The notes under the pieces: model-generated
What the model saw: only the letters and a program-made list of their open reading frames with translations
Told to the model about the DNA's origin: nothing
Databases searched by the model: none
From: a virus
Lineage: Duplodnaviria; Caudoviricetes
IMG/VR virus record: IMGVR_UViG_3300029288_000132
Location: 24,339-88,338 of that record
Length of the DNA: 64,000 nt
Reading direction: 5' to 3' (one strand)
Translations under genes and position numbers: made by a program
Shown here: in pieces, positions 34,954 through 44,748 of the stretch
Position numbering within the stretch: position 1 is the stretch's first letter
How the letters are laid out: every line of letters begins with the position of its first letter

Positions 34954-35284
34954 TTTGGGTTTTACTGACTAAATGCTTGAACATCCACAATAGCAACGGG
35001 TCGCCAGACTGCGCCATTCTTTTAGCCGCTTTCTTATAATGCGGATTGTTTTCAATAAACTTCTCAATATACTCGTCGTATTCGTCTGCGTTATCATTTT
35101 GCCGCAGAGCATGCATTTGTGGTCTTAGTTTTTTAAGTTCTCTCTCCTTATCGAGATCATTCAAACCCGATTCTTCTATCTCGATACCTTTTCTAACTAA
35201 TTTCTCTATCGCACGTCGAAGATCATCTCCGTGAACTGTCTCTTCACACAAAATCTCGGACAACATTCTATCGAAGTATCTCAT
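34943..35284 (-). CDS. hypothetical protein, paralogue of 51576-51947
   Basis: MRYFDRMLSEIL...GDPLLLWMFKHLVSKTQTSS. Confidence 0.7.
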   Translation of the reverse strand: MRYFDRMLSEILCEETVHGDDLRRAIEKLVRKGIEIEESGLNDLDKERELKKLRPQMHALRQNDNADEYDEYIEKFIENNPHYKKAAKRMAQSGDPLLLWMFKHLVSKTQTSS

Positions 35285-35317
35285 ATAGTATCTTTGCAAT
35301 GTATATCGCTAAATACA

Positions 35318-35348
35318 AAAACGGCAGCCTTTGTGAGGCTGCCGTTTT
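35318..35348. terminator. intrinsic (possibly bidirectional) terminator
   Basis: AAAACGGCAGCCT-TTGTG-AGGCTGCCGTTTT, 13-bp stem, T-tracts both ways, downstream of 35377-35796. Confidence 0.85.
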
Positions 35349-35376
35349 ATTCTGACTTAGACGTTTCAGAGAGCCA

Positions 35377-35796
35377 TTAGGCCCCAGGAGCCGGAACCGG
35401 AGGCACATAAGTGTCGTTCCGGAGGTCGCCTTGCAGATCTCGGGTGAGACCGGCAGCAACGTTGGCCAAGAACATATCGCTTCCAACTTGGAAAGCGAAG
35501 TCGATGCTCGGCAAACCCTCTTGTGCGGCACCAAAGGTCTTGACCTGGTACAAACCCACAACAATCGGGAAGCCACGGCCTGCGCCGAAGCGGGCTTCGC
35601 CGCAGTAAGGGCTGAAATCTTGGAGAGTAGTATCTCTGGTCAGCACGCCGACCAAAATCTCTTCACCAGGAACGCTCATGATCAACGGGCGTAGCCGCTT
35701 GGTCAAAGCAGCGACGGCCTCGTGTCGAAGAGCTTGGCGATAGGCCCGTACATTGCGATAAACACTAATGGACGTATTGGCTGGTTGTGCACTCAT
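35377..35796 (-). CDS. hypothetical, probably abundant structural protein
   Basis: 139 aa, AGGAG SD, GC-rich codons, own terminator. Confidence 0.75.
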   Translation of the reverse strand: MSAQPANTSISVYRNVRAYRQALRHEAVAALTKRLRPLIMSVPGEEILVGVLTRDTTLQDFSPYCGEARFGAGRGFPIVVGLYQVKTFGAAQEGLPSIDFAFQVGSDMFLANVAAGLTRDLQGDLRNDTYVPPVPAPGA

Positions 35797-35899
35797 GTGT
35801 CAAACTCCTAAAGAATTTGGTTTTGTGTATTTAACTATTCGTTCTCTGCCCACATATTAATTTTGCATGAATAACTAATTTCTGATATAGGGCTAACCA

Positions 35900-36253
35900 G
35901 TGCCATATTGCATATTCTGTACGCAGGGCTATATGTCTGCTCAAGAAGTCAAAGCAGAGTGCGGAGTTGAGAAATGGTTACCGATATTGGTAATGCGGTC
36001 TGAAAAGGAACCCGGACCAGTAGTGCCGGTATTCGATTCGCCGCATGTCGCAGCCAAATTTGCTAGGAGGAATCTCCCCTCCAACTGGTTGTGCGGAATT
36101 ATAGACTTACGCAGGCGTGATGCAGAATGGATGGATAGTAGAGGCTGGCGAGCCAAGAAATTAGATTATCCGAGAAAACTCAAAGACGTGGTAGATTTCG
36201 ATATCGAGATTTTGGAATATGAGCTGGAATATGAGATGGCTATGCAACTATAG
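35900..36253 (+). CDS. hypothetical protein
   Basis: 117 aa, GTG start; TTGCAT-17-TATAGG just upstream. Confidence 0.6.
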   Translation: MPYCIFCTQGYMSAQEVKAECGVEKWLPILVMRSEKEPGPVVPVFDSPHVAAKFARRNLPSNWLCGIIDLRRRDAEWMDSRGWRAKKLDYPRKLKDVVDFDIEILEYELEYEMAMQL

Positions 36254-36554
36254 TATTGGGATCGATTGATACATCGTCACCAAATTGTAGTTTAAACTTC
36301 TCTAATGCTTCTGTAACCTCATCCAAACTAGGAAAATAGCACGGTAAGCAAATTATGTAGATTGGGTTCTTTTTGCCATCCAAGTAAACTTTTCTTATGA
36401 CTTCAACATAGAAGAATTCTTTGGATTCTACAAGATCGAATCCGATCTCGTCACCTTTATTAAGCCATACATAATCATCTGGGCGGTTTTTTATAGTAAA
36501 CCTACAAAGCTTTTGTTTTGTCTGACTGTCGAATTCGATAACTACATTAACCAT
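36240..36554 (-). CDS. hypothetical protein
   Basis: 104 aa, coupled to the GT cluster. Confidence 0.6.
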   Translation of the reverse strand: MVNVVIEFDSQTKQKLCRFTIKNRPDDYVWLNKGDEIGFDLVESKEFFYVEVIRKVYLDGKKNPIYIICLPCYFPSLDEVTEALEKFKLQFGDDVSIDPNTIVA

Positions 36555-37509
36555 AATTCGCTCTTTTCAAAATCATCCTAAATTGTGCTAGTTGCGACCA
36601 ATAATCCAGATAATCTTTGGTCGCATTTTCAGCTATCGTCTTCCATAGCCCCAAGTCGACCTTAGAATTGAGATCGCTCCATTTTTCTACGACTACTGCG
36701 TTATGCCCATCGACTAACGGTGGTTGATAAGGCGACACTTGCCGTTTTGTTATGATTGTTCGCCCAAATAGTACTGCCTCAATGAAACGTAAGCTCTTAT
36801 CCCCAGCACCGCGCAAGTCTACACATGCATTGTAGGAAAGCAGATGTTTCAAATACTGTGTCGGAGATGCATCAGCCCTCAAAACCAGATCAACCCAACT
36901 CGGCATCCCGTCAACACATCTGCGTTCACCATAACCACCACGACCCATGAAACCAGCAAGACCAACAATGTCATATTTAAAGGCGTCTCTTATCATTTGT
37001 ATGTCATCATCGAGATAAGCAAAATCAAGATGCATCCTGGCAAACAAATCGAATACTTGTGTTGATGGGCGGTGGGCGACAACTATCGTCTTATGCCCAT
37101 AATCACGTAGTAATTCTAGCGAACAATTAACGGGCATAAACAGGTCACATCGCGTCTGAACAGGTCCGCCTATACCACTTTTCTTGCCTTGCCATATCAT
37201 CCGCTTTTCTCTAAATAATCTGTCGGATGAGCATAAGCAGACCTTGAATGCTGGTAAATTGGCGATATTTTTCCAATTATCATCAAAAAAGAAAGTATCT
37301 GATTTTGCGATATACAATCTTACGTTATCGTAGTTATCAGATAGCAAATGTTTAACCCGTCGAAGGATTGGGTGGCGTTCGTGTTGCCCTTTTATTACTA
37401 CCTTGACCGGTAAATGCATTCTATCAGCGATTTCTGCTAGATTCGCAAGCTGATAAGCACAGCGTGGTAATCTATTATCGCTAAGCATAGAAAAGTCAAC
37501 CGCGATCAT
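36547..37509 (-). CDS. putative glycosyltransferase (GT-B/exostosin-like C-terminus)
   Basis: YNACVDLRGAGDKSLRFIEAVLFGRTII resembles the GT47/exostosin C-terminal motif. Confidence 0.55.
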   Translation of the reverse strand: MIAVDFSMLSDNRLPRCAYQLANLAEIADRMHLPVKVVIKGQHERHPILRRVKHLLSDNYDNVRLYIAKSDTFFFDDNWKNIANLPAFKVCLCSSDRLFREKRMIWQGKKSGIGGPVQTRCDLFMPVNCSLELLRDYGHKTIVVAHRPSTQVFDLFARMHLDFAYLDDDIQMIRDAFKYDIVGLAGFMGRGGYGERRCVDGMPSWVDLVLRADASPTQYLKHLLSYNACVDLRGAGDKSLRFIEAVLFGRTIITKRQVSPYQPPLVDGHNAVVVEKWSDLNSKVDLGLWKTIAENATKDYLDYWSQLAQFRMILKRANYG

Positions 37510-38468
37510 TTAAACCTCTGCACCGCCAACAGCAAGGAAGATGCTATATCTTGGAATCCTAATGCAGTCATTAGTACTGCCATACGGTGATGATAAGTAT
37601 GTGCCATTAGTACATCTTCACGCTGTTGTTGAGCTATTTTCGTAAGGCGGCAATGGTCTTTTAATAAGTTTTGGATTTCATAGTGAAATAACTTTGGATT
37701 ACTGCCAATTATAGCATGCGGCAAGTATCTATCAAGACCTTTTGCGGGGTCGTGAATAACAGCAGCACCACTCAAAGCAGCTTTAAAAACTCTTTCTGGC
37801 AAGTCGATACCGTGTTCTAGTGTATGTGGCTCACTGATACATGGCACTATTTTGCAGCTCGCCAACAGTACAGGGACTTCATTATCAGTTATTGGGCCAC
37901 CACATAGATTATCCGGCCATATTCCCCAACCACGAACCATACGCGATATTGTTGTATCTCGCAAAACCGGAAACAAATAGGCATCTATGTTTTTCGCCTT
38001 ATATGGCCAACGTCCGCCTACATATCCAATGTCATACTTGTTGTGCTCTCCGTTGGCAATATTAAATATCGTAGCATCGCCAGCGGTTGCCATAGGCACC
38101 CATGGTATGCCGATTTTATCCCAAAAAGACCAATAATGGCGGTCGGTTTCATGACCATAACCAAACACAGCATCTGGCTTTATCGCTTTAACCCAGTTAA
38201 TAGCATCTTGAGATTCATTGATGTTCGGTTCGATCTTTGTCGGTCCATGTGGATTAACATGGACAACGACTTTGCATTTACGGTCATTTGGTATATCTTG
38301 TCGATGACCAGAGGCACCAATATACAAATCAGGAGAAAATGCATCCCAGCTATATCTCTTACCGTCCCATCTATCTGTAATTATTCCAATATCACGTAGG
38401 GCATTAATCATCCCGTCCGTAATAAATGACCAAGCACCACCTACTCTACTACAGAATAGAACACGCAT
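37506..38468 (-). CDS. CgeB-family (Glyco_trans_1_2) glycosyltransferase
   Basis: YDIGYVGGRWPYK, VRGWG.W, CKIVPCISE, PERVFKAALSG, HTYHHRM; AAGGA SD before ATG 38468. Confidence 0.8.
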   Translation of the reverse strand: MRVLFCSRVGGAWSFITDGMINALRDIGIITDRWDGKRYSWDAFSPDLYIGASGHRQDIPNDRKCKVVVHVNPHGPTKIEPNINESQDAINWVKAIKPDAVFGYGHETDRHYWSFWDKIGIPWVPMATAGDATIFNIANGEHNKYDIGYVGGRWPYKAKNIDAYLFPVLRDTTISRMVRGWGIWPDNLCGGPITDNEVPVLLASCKIVPCISEPHTLEHGIDLPERVFKAALSGAAVIHDPAKGLDRYLPHAIIGSNPKLFHYEIQNLLKDHCRLTKIAQQQREDVLMAHTYHHRMAVLMTALGFQDIASSLLLAVQRFK

Positions 38469-38478
38469 GTTTTTTCCT

Positions 38479-40308
38479 TTATTCCAAACAACGACTTCGA
38501 CCACTCTGAATTAATAGTTGTCGTTGTCGTATTATCCTATCATTGAGTGATAAAGAACTCAACTTAGTGCCAAGTTCTTTATTCCTATTATGAAACGTTG
38601 TCCATTTGTCGACTCTATCGTGATGTAGGTGCAACAAATCGATGTGGCGATTTTCTTTCCATATAGTAGCTTTCGATAGTCTAAAATAAAAATCACAATC
38701 CTCGACGCCATAACCGACAAATTCTTCTACGAAGCCGCCTATCTTCCAATATGTTTTACGATGACATGCTATAGATCCACCTTCAAAATAATCAACCATA
38801 TGATCATATCTGGGCCGATCTATGATGCCTGTAGTATTAATAGTGTGAGTAGCCTGTGATCCGAGATAAAAAATCTGCCTACAAAGATGACAAGCTTCTA
38901 CTTCTGCTAGTTCTTTGGTTACTTCTTGAAAATAATTACTCGGCGCTATCGTATCAGCGTCATGTAGAACCAATAGATCCGATGTACATACCTCAACACC
39001 AAAATTCCAAGCTCTACTCTTGTTGAACGCAGCACCCGGCAGACCAGTGGTAAAAACATGTCTGGCGGGGACACAATCTACATCCTTCATCTTCGGTGCT
39101 GAATCTTCTTCAGTCATAACAATTTCAATATCTGGATAGCGTTGTGCTCTAATATTTCCAAGGACAGTTAATATTGATTCCCTGCGATTGATTTCACGAA
39201 ATGGTATAACACAAGAGATGCGCGGGACGACAGTCGCTTCACTAGCATTTACGTAAGTTGGTCTGATACCAATAGAGCCCAGAATAATTTTAGCACGTTT
39301 GAGCTTTTCAACCCTGTTCTCAACAGATGAATGTTCTGGATGTACTACAAAATATGCATTAGAACCATCGACATCGAAAAACCCCGGCTGCTGTAATTTA
39401 CTATCAGATAATCTAGTAGACCAGTCAACATGTTCAACACCATATTGACCAAATTGCTCATCAAAATAACCAACCTTTGCGAATGCTATATGATCGAACG
39501 CCATCACAGCGCCGTGCGGTTTGTCATTGACGACATTCAAAACTGTGCCATGAACTTTAACGCTATCACCTTTCGTGGCACCGTACACACCGGGTTGGCG
39601 ATAACAAAAATGATGAAATTCAGTACGATGCATTGCTGCAAAATAAAAATCTTCCCACCCTTTATTAAGTATTTCAACATCATCATTCAACAAAATCTTC
39701 TTAGGGAATCTAGATAAACATCGCATTAAACGATTACTATTGCCTGCGACCCCAAGTTGTTTTTGATTCTTCAGAACAATAATATCACCACGAGATTCTA
39801 TTTCAGATAGATAGGCTAATTGTTCTGAATCTGCACTACCATCATCGCTTATAAATATCGTAGTACGGCATGTGTCGGTAAATTTCAAGATCGAATCAAC
39901 CAGTCGCCGTAATGATAATGGGCGATTGTAAGTTAAAATGCCTATACCAATACCATTGCTAATTGCATAAGCACTATTCGTAAAAGTTTTAGAACAAGAG
40001 GGGTCGACATTCCTTCTCATATGACCGACTATTGGGCGCTTAACATCCTTTGATATTACTTTTTTAAGCTGTATTGGCCTGGCTTGCGGTCGAGAGATGT
40101 TAAATTCTTTCTTTGTTGGTATTGCCGGTAACTTATCGACATTAACCAAATATCCCTTGACTCCACCATCTTTACTAACATAACGATCAAAGAATTCTGG
40201 TAGTCTTACACGACGCCCTTTACGTATGTGGATAGTGTTGCCATCAGGCCCAGCTAAATATAAATCGTGCGGGTGCGGGTTTAAATACTCTGGCACAATG
40301 TTTTCCAA
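38479..40308 (-). CDS. double-domain glycosyltransferase (GT2 + GT2/GT7C)
   Basis: IGILTYNRP...ISDDGS...LLNDD...FDEQFGQYGVEHVDW; then VIPFRE...FNKSRAWNFG...LHDAD...GGFVEEFVGYGVEDCDF. Confidence 0.88.
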   Translation of the reverse strand: MENIVPEYLNPHPHDLYLAGPDGNTIHIRKGRRVRLPEFFDRYVSKDGGVKGYLVNVDKLPAIPTKKEFNISRPQARPIQLKKVISKDVKRPIVGHMRRNVDPSCSKTFTNSAYAISNGIGIGILTYNRPLSLRRLVDSILKFTDTCRTTIFISDDGSADSEQLAYLSEIESRGDIIVLKNQKQLGVAGNSNRLMRCLSRFPKKILLNDDVEILNKGWEDFYFAAMHRTEFHHFCYRQPGVYGATKGDSVKVHGTVLNVVNDKPHGAVMAFDHIAFAKVGYFDEQFGQYGVEHVDWSTRLSDSKLQQPGFFDVDGSNAYFVVHPEHSSVENRVEKLKRAKIILGSIGIRPTYVNASEATVVPRISCVIPFREINRRESILTVLGNIRAQRYPDIEIVMTEEDSAPKMKDVDCVPARHVFTTGLPGAAFNKSRAWNFGVEVCTSDLLVLHDADTIAPSNYFQEVTKELAEVEACHLCRQIFYLGSQATHTINTTGIIDRPRYDHMVDYFEGGSIACHRKTYWKIGGFVEEFVGYGVEDCDFYFRLSKATIWKENRHIDLLHLHHDRVDKWTTFHNRNKELGTKLSSLSLNDRIIRQRQLLIQSGRSRCLE

Positions 40309-40808
40309 GTGTCATATAATTCAGTTTCAAGTTGTTCAAAAGTGCCATTATTGCGAACCACAAAAAACATATCACAACATTTTTTATATCTTGGAAGAGA
40401 CGCTTTGAATCTCTCAACATAGTCACGAAGCAATGGCTCACTCAACTTCGCATTTCTTGTTAAACATAAATCAGCATTAGCTTGAACAAACAATAACACA
40501 ACCCTATGTAACGCCGTTTTTGCATCCGTAATCAGCGTCAAAAGTGTAGTAATTTTCGAATTACATGCATCTAACACGATAATCTCTTTCGGTGGTACTT
40601 GTTCAATTGCCTCTTTACATTTTTCTAGAGCCAACGACCAACAACCAATATTATATTCTCGTTGAGTCTGTTCGTCGAGAGCAGTCAAATTCTCCGGTAC
40701 CCAGTCAGATGGTCTTATGATATGCCATTTATAATTCTTATGTTTAGCTAAAATATCTATAGTCTTCGATTTACCCGAACCGGGCATCCCGCAAGTTATA
40801 ATCAGAAT
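40281..40808 (-). CDS. P-loop kinase (AAA_33 / PNK-like), proposed ATT start
   Basis: LIITCGMPGSGKS, IIVLDACN, LCLTRN; GGAGGT 6 nt before ATT at 40808. Confidence 0.8.
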   Translation of the reverse strand: MLIITCGMPGSGKSKTIDILAKHKNYKWHIIRPSDWVPENLTALDEQTQREYNIGCWSLALEKCKEAIEQVPPKEIIVLDACNSKITTLLTLITDAKTALHRVVLLFVQANADLCLTRNAKLSEPLLRDYVERFKASLPRYKKCCDMFFVVRNNGTFEQLETELYDTWKTLCQSI

Positions 40809-40839
40809 AATGCCACCTCCCGCTATTCTATTCCGCTCT

Positions 40840-41430
40840 TTATGATGAGTATGGTATTCCCACATAAAGAGGTACTGATTGTCCGTTAACTTCCATAAAT
40901 CGCGATTTGCTTGGCTTAATAATAACGCCGCTATTGTAGTTTCCTGCTCCGTTCTTTATCTGTTCCAACAACTGCTCTGACATGATATCTATTTTTAATA
41001 CTTGTTGTGTGTCGAAAGTCTTACCAAACACATCTCTGACCATGCCCGGCCCGAGAAACTTATTCAAGCTCAACCTGATATCGACCAACACAGGTGCACC
41101 AGTATCAAGTGCGAAATAATAGATAGCTTGCTTAACACCAGCGGCATGTGATATTGCTATAAGATGCTTCGCTTGGTGTTGTAAAAAATCGACAGCGACA
41201 AGCGACATCGAATCTTTTGTGTTAGATAAGTCGATGGTTTGTCCATTCCAATCACCCATTGACACAGCAACATTACCTTCATTGCGTGATATTAAGCAAC
41301 TAATACCGACGTTTTGGTAATATTTAATGACATAACACAGCATGTCAGATACGAAGCTTGTATCTGATAATGGCTCTGGATGCGGTAGCATCGCCGGAAT
41401 AATTCTAGATATACCAGATTGTACTGCCAT
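40840..41430 (-). CDS. hypothetical protein
   Basis: MAVQSG... start overlaps the upstream gene end. Confidence 0.6.
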   Translation of the reverse strand: MAVQSGISRIIPAMLPHPEPLSDTSFVSDMLCYVIKYYQNVGISCLISRNEGNVAVSMGDWNGQTIDLSNTKDSMSLVAVDFLQHQAKHLIAISHAAGVKQAIYYFALDTGAPVLVDIRLSLNKFLGPGMVRDVFGKTFDTQQVLKIDIMSEQLLEQIKNGAGNYNSGVIIKPSKSRFMEVNGQSVPLYVGIPYSS

Positions 41431-41713
41431 CGACAGTCTGCTGAATGTACCAGCGTCCTCGTTTGTTGTTTCTAATATCATTGAGATCGAACACAAAAGC
41501 ATTCTTTTGCATCTCACTCTCTGTCATCGTAAATAATAGACGCGGCGTACCTTCGAATAATATCGATATTTTACCGTTCTTCGCATCATAATTATTAACG
41601 ACACCAAACCAAACTCTGAACCACCCAGCCCAGACAACGAAATCACCGTATCGTGGTGCCCACGTCGATAACGCTCTATAGGTTGCTAATGGTGGTAGTG
41701 CTACTTCTCTCAT
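41405..41713 (-). CDS. hypothetical protein
   Basis: 102 aa, ATGA coupling. Confidence 0.6.
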   Translation of the reverse strand: MREVALPPLATYRALSTWAPRYGDFVVWAGWFRVWFGVVNNYDAKNGKISILFEGTPRLLFTMTESEMQKNAFVFDLNDIRNNKRGRWYIQQTVDGSTIWYI

Positions 41714-42246
41714 TTTGTTTCAGTCTTGAATCGGGTCAGTCGATGACTATAAATATCATAACGATAGGTGAAACCGTCAGCTAAATCCCATTGAATAAAA
41801 TAACTACTACGATATCCGCCGAGAGTCCTGCTTATAATCGGATCTACTGATGAGAAATTATTCTCGGCGATAACTGGTGGTGATTTCATCTCCTTGCCGT
41901 CTACAGCCACTACCGCCCTCTTATCACGCACCGCTTGAGCAGTCTCCTCACGCTGCTTGATGATATTTAAACCTTCAATTAAAATATCTCGTGCAGAATT
42001 TGTCTTCGTCTTAGCTGATACGTGATATGTCTGACTGCGATTGTTAGCGTCAGTACCAATCATATTAGTAGCTAGAGTGACGTCATCCGTTTTGATATTA
42101 AGGCGAGAGTTTGGTTCTAATTGTGCTAAAACACGTTTTATATCAGAGGCCGTTCGGACAACCGGTGATTCAAACCGTTGGCGGCTCAACTCCGATTGAG
42201 TCCTCCTGGCCAACTCCCTCTCCAAATTCTCCATTAGTTCCTCCAA
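41710..42246 (-). CDS. hypothetical protein
   Basis: 178 aa ORF in operon. Confidence 0.6.
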   Translation of the reverse strand: MEELMENLERELARRTQSELSRQRFESPVVRTASDIKRVLAQLEPNSRLNIKTDDVTLATNMIGTDANNRSQTYHVSAKTKTNSARDILIEGLNIIKQREETAQAVRDKRAVVAVDGKEMKSPPVIAENNFSSVDPIISRTLGGYRSSYFIQWDLADGFTYRYDIYSHRLTRFKTETK

Positions 42247-42715
42247 CGTTATCTATCTCAGAATCAACCAGACGTAGATTGACGTCAACTGCAGCGACAC
42301 GACCGTTGTGTAACAATCTAAATACGGCATGGTAGAGGTTGGCAAATCCCCAAAGAGCTATCGTTTTTACTATGATGTTGTCGCCAGCGTCGAAGGATAT
42401 ATACTTGCCTGGCAAGAAGATAGAAAAGAATGATGATGTCCAAAAACTTGTGCACCATCCACACGACACGAGATCAGAAGCCCATCTCCCAACCATTTTT
42501 GTCAAGCTATATATTCTCCCCTTATAAATCATATTATCGTCCGACATCCAGATGTCATCGGGATTATTCTTACGATATAATTGGATCAGAGCAAGCTTCG
42601 CCAGAGCTTGCCGCAGTGGTGAAAAGAATACTGAAACTGTTATTGCTTCAGCTGCACGTTCTGCAGCAATGCCACAGATTAACCAAGCACCAATAATTGC
42701 TATTATTTCTGTCAT
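42170..42715 (-). CDS. membrane protein (DUF1360-like)
   Basis: N-terminal TM segment, L.SCGWCTSFW motif, further hydrophobic segments. Confidence 0.6.
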   Translation of the reverse strand: MTEIIAIIGAWLICGIAAERAAEAITVSVFFSPLRQALAKLALIQLYRKNNPDDIWMSDDNMIYKGRIYSLTKMVGRWASDLVSCGWCTSFWTSSFFSIFLPGKYISFDAGDNIIVKTIALWGFANLYHAVFRLLHNGRVAAVDVNLRLVDSEIDNVGGTNGEFGEGVGQEDSIGVEPPTV

Positions 42716-43005
42716 ATAAATGTTCGATTGCAACGTGAACATCGCTTACGATTGCGAACGCCACTACCTGATAATATTGGTGATAAAGTCGACCCACATA
42801 GCGGGCATGTCTTCAAATCTCTCAACTGTTGCTTCACTTTAATTGCTTGGCTTGGTGTCGCAACCACAATCCTCGCAGTTGATGCCGGACGCATCCTTGG
42901 AGTCGAAGTCGGCGCAGGAGCAGGTTTTGCTCTTGGCTGTGTTCCGACTGCTCTCTTTTGCATCACCCTCGCCGCAGATCCGCCACCACATGCACCACAT
43001 CCCAT
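42712..43005 (-). CDS. small basic Zn-ribbon protein
   Basis: MGCGAC N-terminus; CPLCG...CSRC. Confidence 0.6.
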   Translation of the reverse strand: MGCGACGGGSAARVMQKRAVGTQPRAKPAPAPTSTPRMRPASTARIVVATPSQAIKVKQQLRDLKTCPLCGSTLSPILSGSGVRNRKRCSRCNRTFI

Positions 43006-43093
43006 TATTGTCTTGCCTTTCTTACGCCAATGCGTTGAATGTGTGCTTGTTGATGTGTTTGTGGTATTGACCTCGGGGTATTTGTTGGTAGTT

Positions 43094-43801
43094 TTATAAT
43101 TGCAGGTTTGCTTGTCCTTGCAACTCTAACCGGCTTTCGGTTGCCACATCCACCACATGCCATGATTCACCAAAGAAGAAAGAATCGGGATTAACGTTAG
43201 CGGCGAAATCATTCCAGGAGCAAATGAAGCATGGTGCCAATTGCAGCGGAATGATCACCCTGTTCTTCCTATTTTTGGTGTGGCTTATATTAAATGAAAT
43301 TGGCCCACAATGAGCGTAGTAATCGAAAAAGAGGTGTGGGAACCACGGTTTAGTACTACCCTTGCTTATATCATCCTTAAAACGCAGATATTCCATAGCC
43401 GCCCAGTCAAACGCAACCCAATCCAAATTGGGGTTGGGTTTGAAAAACACCATCGGTTTGATATCTAGACCTAGAGCCTTAGAGGCTAAGTTAGCATCAT
43501 AGGTGGACTGATGGTACCACTCTGAAAACTTGCAGGTAGAACATCCGCTAATAATAGATGTAAGACTAAATCCTTTACCCTTCTTCGCTTCAAGATTGAA
43601 GCGGCATCGATTTTTGGTATCGGCTGGCACCACATCACCAGTTAGATCACGTAAAACTGTATCAGATTCTCTACCCTCAACCCTACGTCTTCGAAATTCT
43701 CTACCAGACCATTCGGTTAACAGCTTTGCTACTCGGCGTTCATGGCATTTCGCCGTAGCCACATTAGACTTTCCCACCTGGCTTGCTGTTCTGGCCATCA
43801 C
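43094..43801 (-). CDS. Holliday-junction resolvase-like PD-(D/E)xK nuclease
   Basis: K.HERRVAKLL..W.G..FRR...GDVV...FNLEAKKGKG. Confidence 0.75.
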   Translation of the reverse strand: MMARTASQVGKSNVATAKCHERRVAKLLTEWSGREFRRRRVEGRESDTVLRDLTGDVVPADTKNRCRFNLEAKKGKGFSLTSIISGCSTCKFSEWYHQSTYDANLASKALGLDIKPMVFFKPNPNLDWVAFDWAAMEYLRFKDDISKGSTKPWFPHLFFDYYAHCGPISFNISHTKNRKNRVIIPLQLAPCFICSWNDFAANVNPDSFFFGESWHVVDVATESRLELQGQANLQL

Positions 43802-44699
43802 TTACCTCTGGCTGAGCGACAAGCTGCTTAAATCTGGCAGCTAATCCATTATATTCAGTGACAAAGCCACCGACTTTGTATTTACGAGCCAGATCGAATA
43901 ATTCACTCTTGCTGAAAGTAGGTTCTGTGTCAAGCACACGCTGAACATATAATTGATTCTTCAATAGGTCAGGGCACAGCGATAAATCTATAAGCAACAT
44001 ATTTCTAACAAATAATTGTATTCCTGCCTGCGCTAAGAATGCCGCCCTGTCTTTATTCGACTTAGCCATTGCCGTGCTCTTGACTGGGCCTATTCCTACA
44101 TATCCATTAATCCTATCAGACGTATCACCACAAAGTGCCTTCTGGATTACTGGGTCATAATTAACTTGCTGAACAAAACATTCCTTCATTGGATCAAAAC
44201 AGCGAACATGTGACATACGAAATACTATCTGATTGTAGTCACTATCCGCAGAACAGATAACTACTGGAGCTGGTGCTAAAACCTTGCAGGCAGCATAAAT
44301 CAAATCATCCGCTTCCATATTGGCCTTACTGAATTGCCTGCACCCCATATGACTGAACATAGCTTTCGCAGCAAGCTGCGTACTAATTAGTTCATCCTTA
44401 ATATCTATGGTATACTTATCTGGTTTATCCTTATAGCCCTCAAAAATTTTCATCCGCCACAGTGTTGATCTTTTGGCATCCCAAAAGATATTCACACTCT
44501 GTGGTTTGAATCGATCGATCCATCCGACCATAAAACGCAGCATTATAGTGAATGGATGTTGATGCTGAAACTTAGCTTGCGGCTTCCTGCCAGCGAAAAT
44601 AGCACGATACATCAGATTCCTAGCATCAACCAATAACGTGCACTTCTGGATTGGTTCGCTCGGCTCATCCATCATAATCCTCATGTCGTGATAAGACAC
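43764..44699 (-). CDS. 5'-3' exonuclease / RNase H (T4 Rnh, PolI 5'-exo family)
   Basis: LLVDARNLMYR, WDAKRSTLWR..IFEGYK, EADDLI, ICSADSDYNQ, KALCGDTSDRINGYVGIGPVKS. Confidence 0.9.
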   Translation of the reverse strand: MSYHDMRIMMDEPSEPIQKCTLLVDARNLMYRAIFAGRKPQAKFQHQHPFTIMLRFMVGWIDRFKPQSVNIFWDAKRSTLWRMKIFEGYKDKPDKYTIDIKDELISTQLAAKAMFSHMGCRQFSKANMEADDLIYAACKVLAPAPVVICSADSDYNQIVFRMSHVRCFDPMKECFVQQVNYDPVIQKALCGDTSDRINGYVGIGPVKSTAMAKSNKDRAAFLAQAGIQLFVRNMLLIDLSLCPDLLKNQLYVQRVLDTEPTFSKSELFDLARKYKVGGFVTEYNGLAARFKQLVAQPEVSDGQNSKPGGKV

Positions 44700-44748
44700 A
44701 GGACGAGGAATTGCTCCCTCGTCCTGTGTATTTTTCGCCTTGGTCGGC

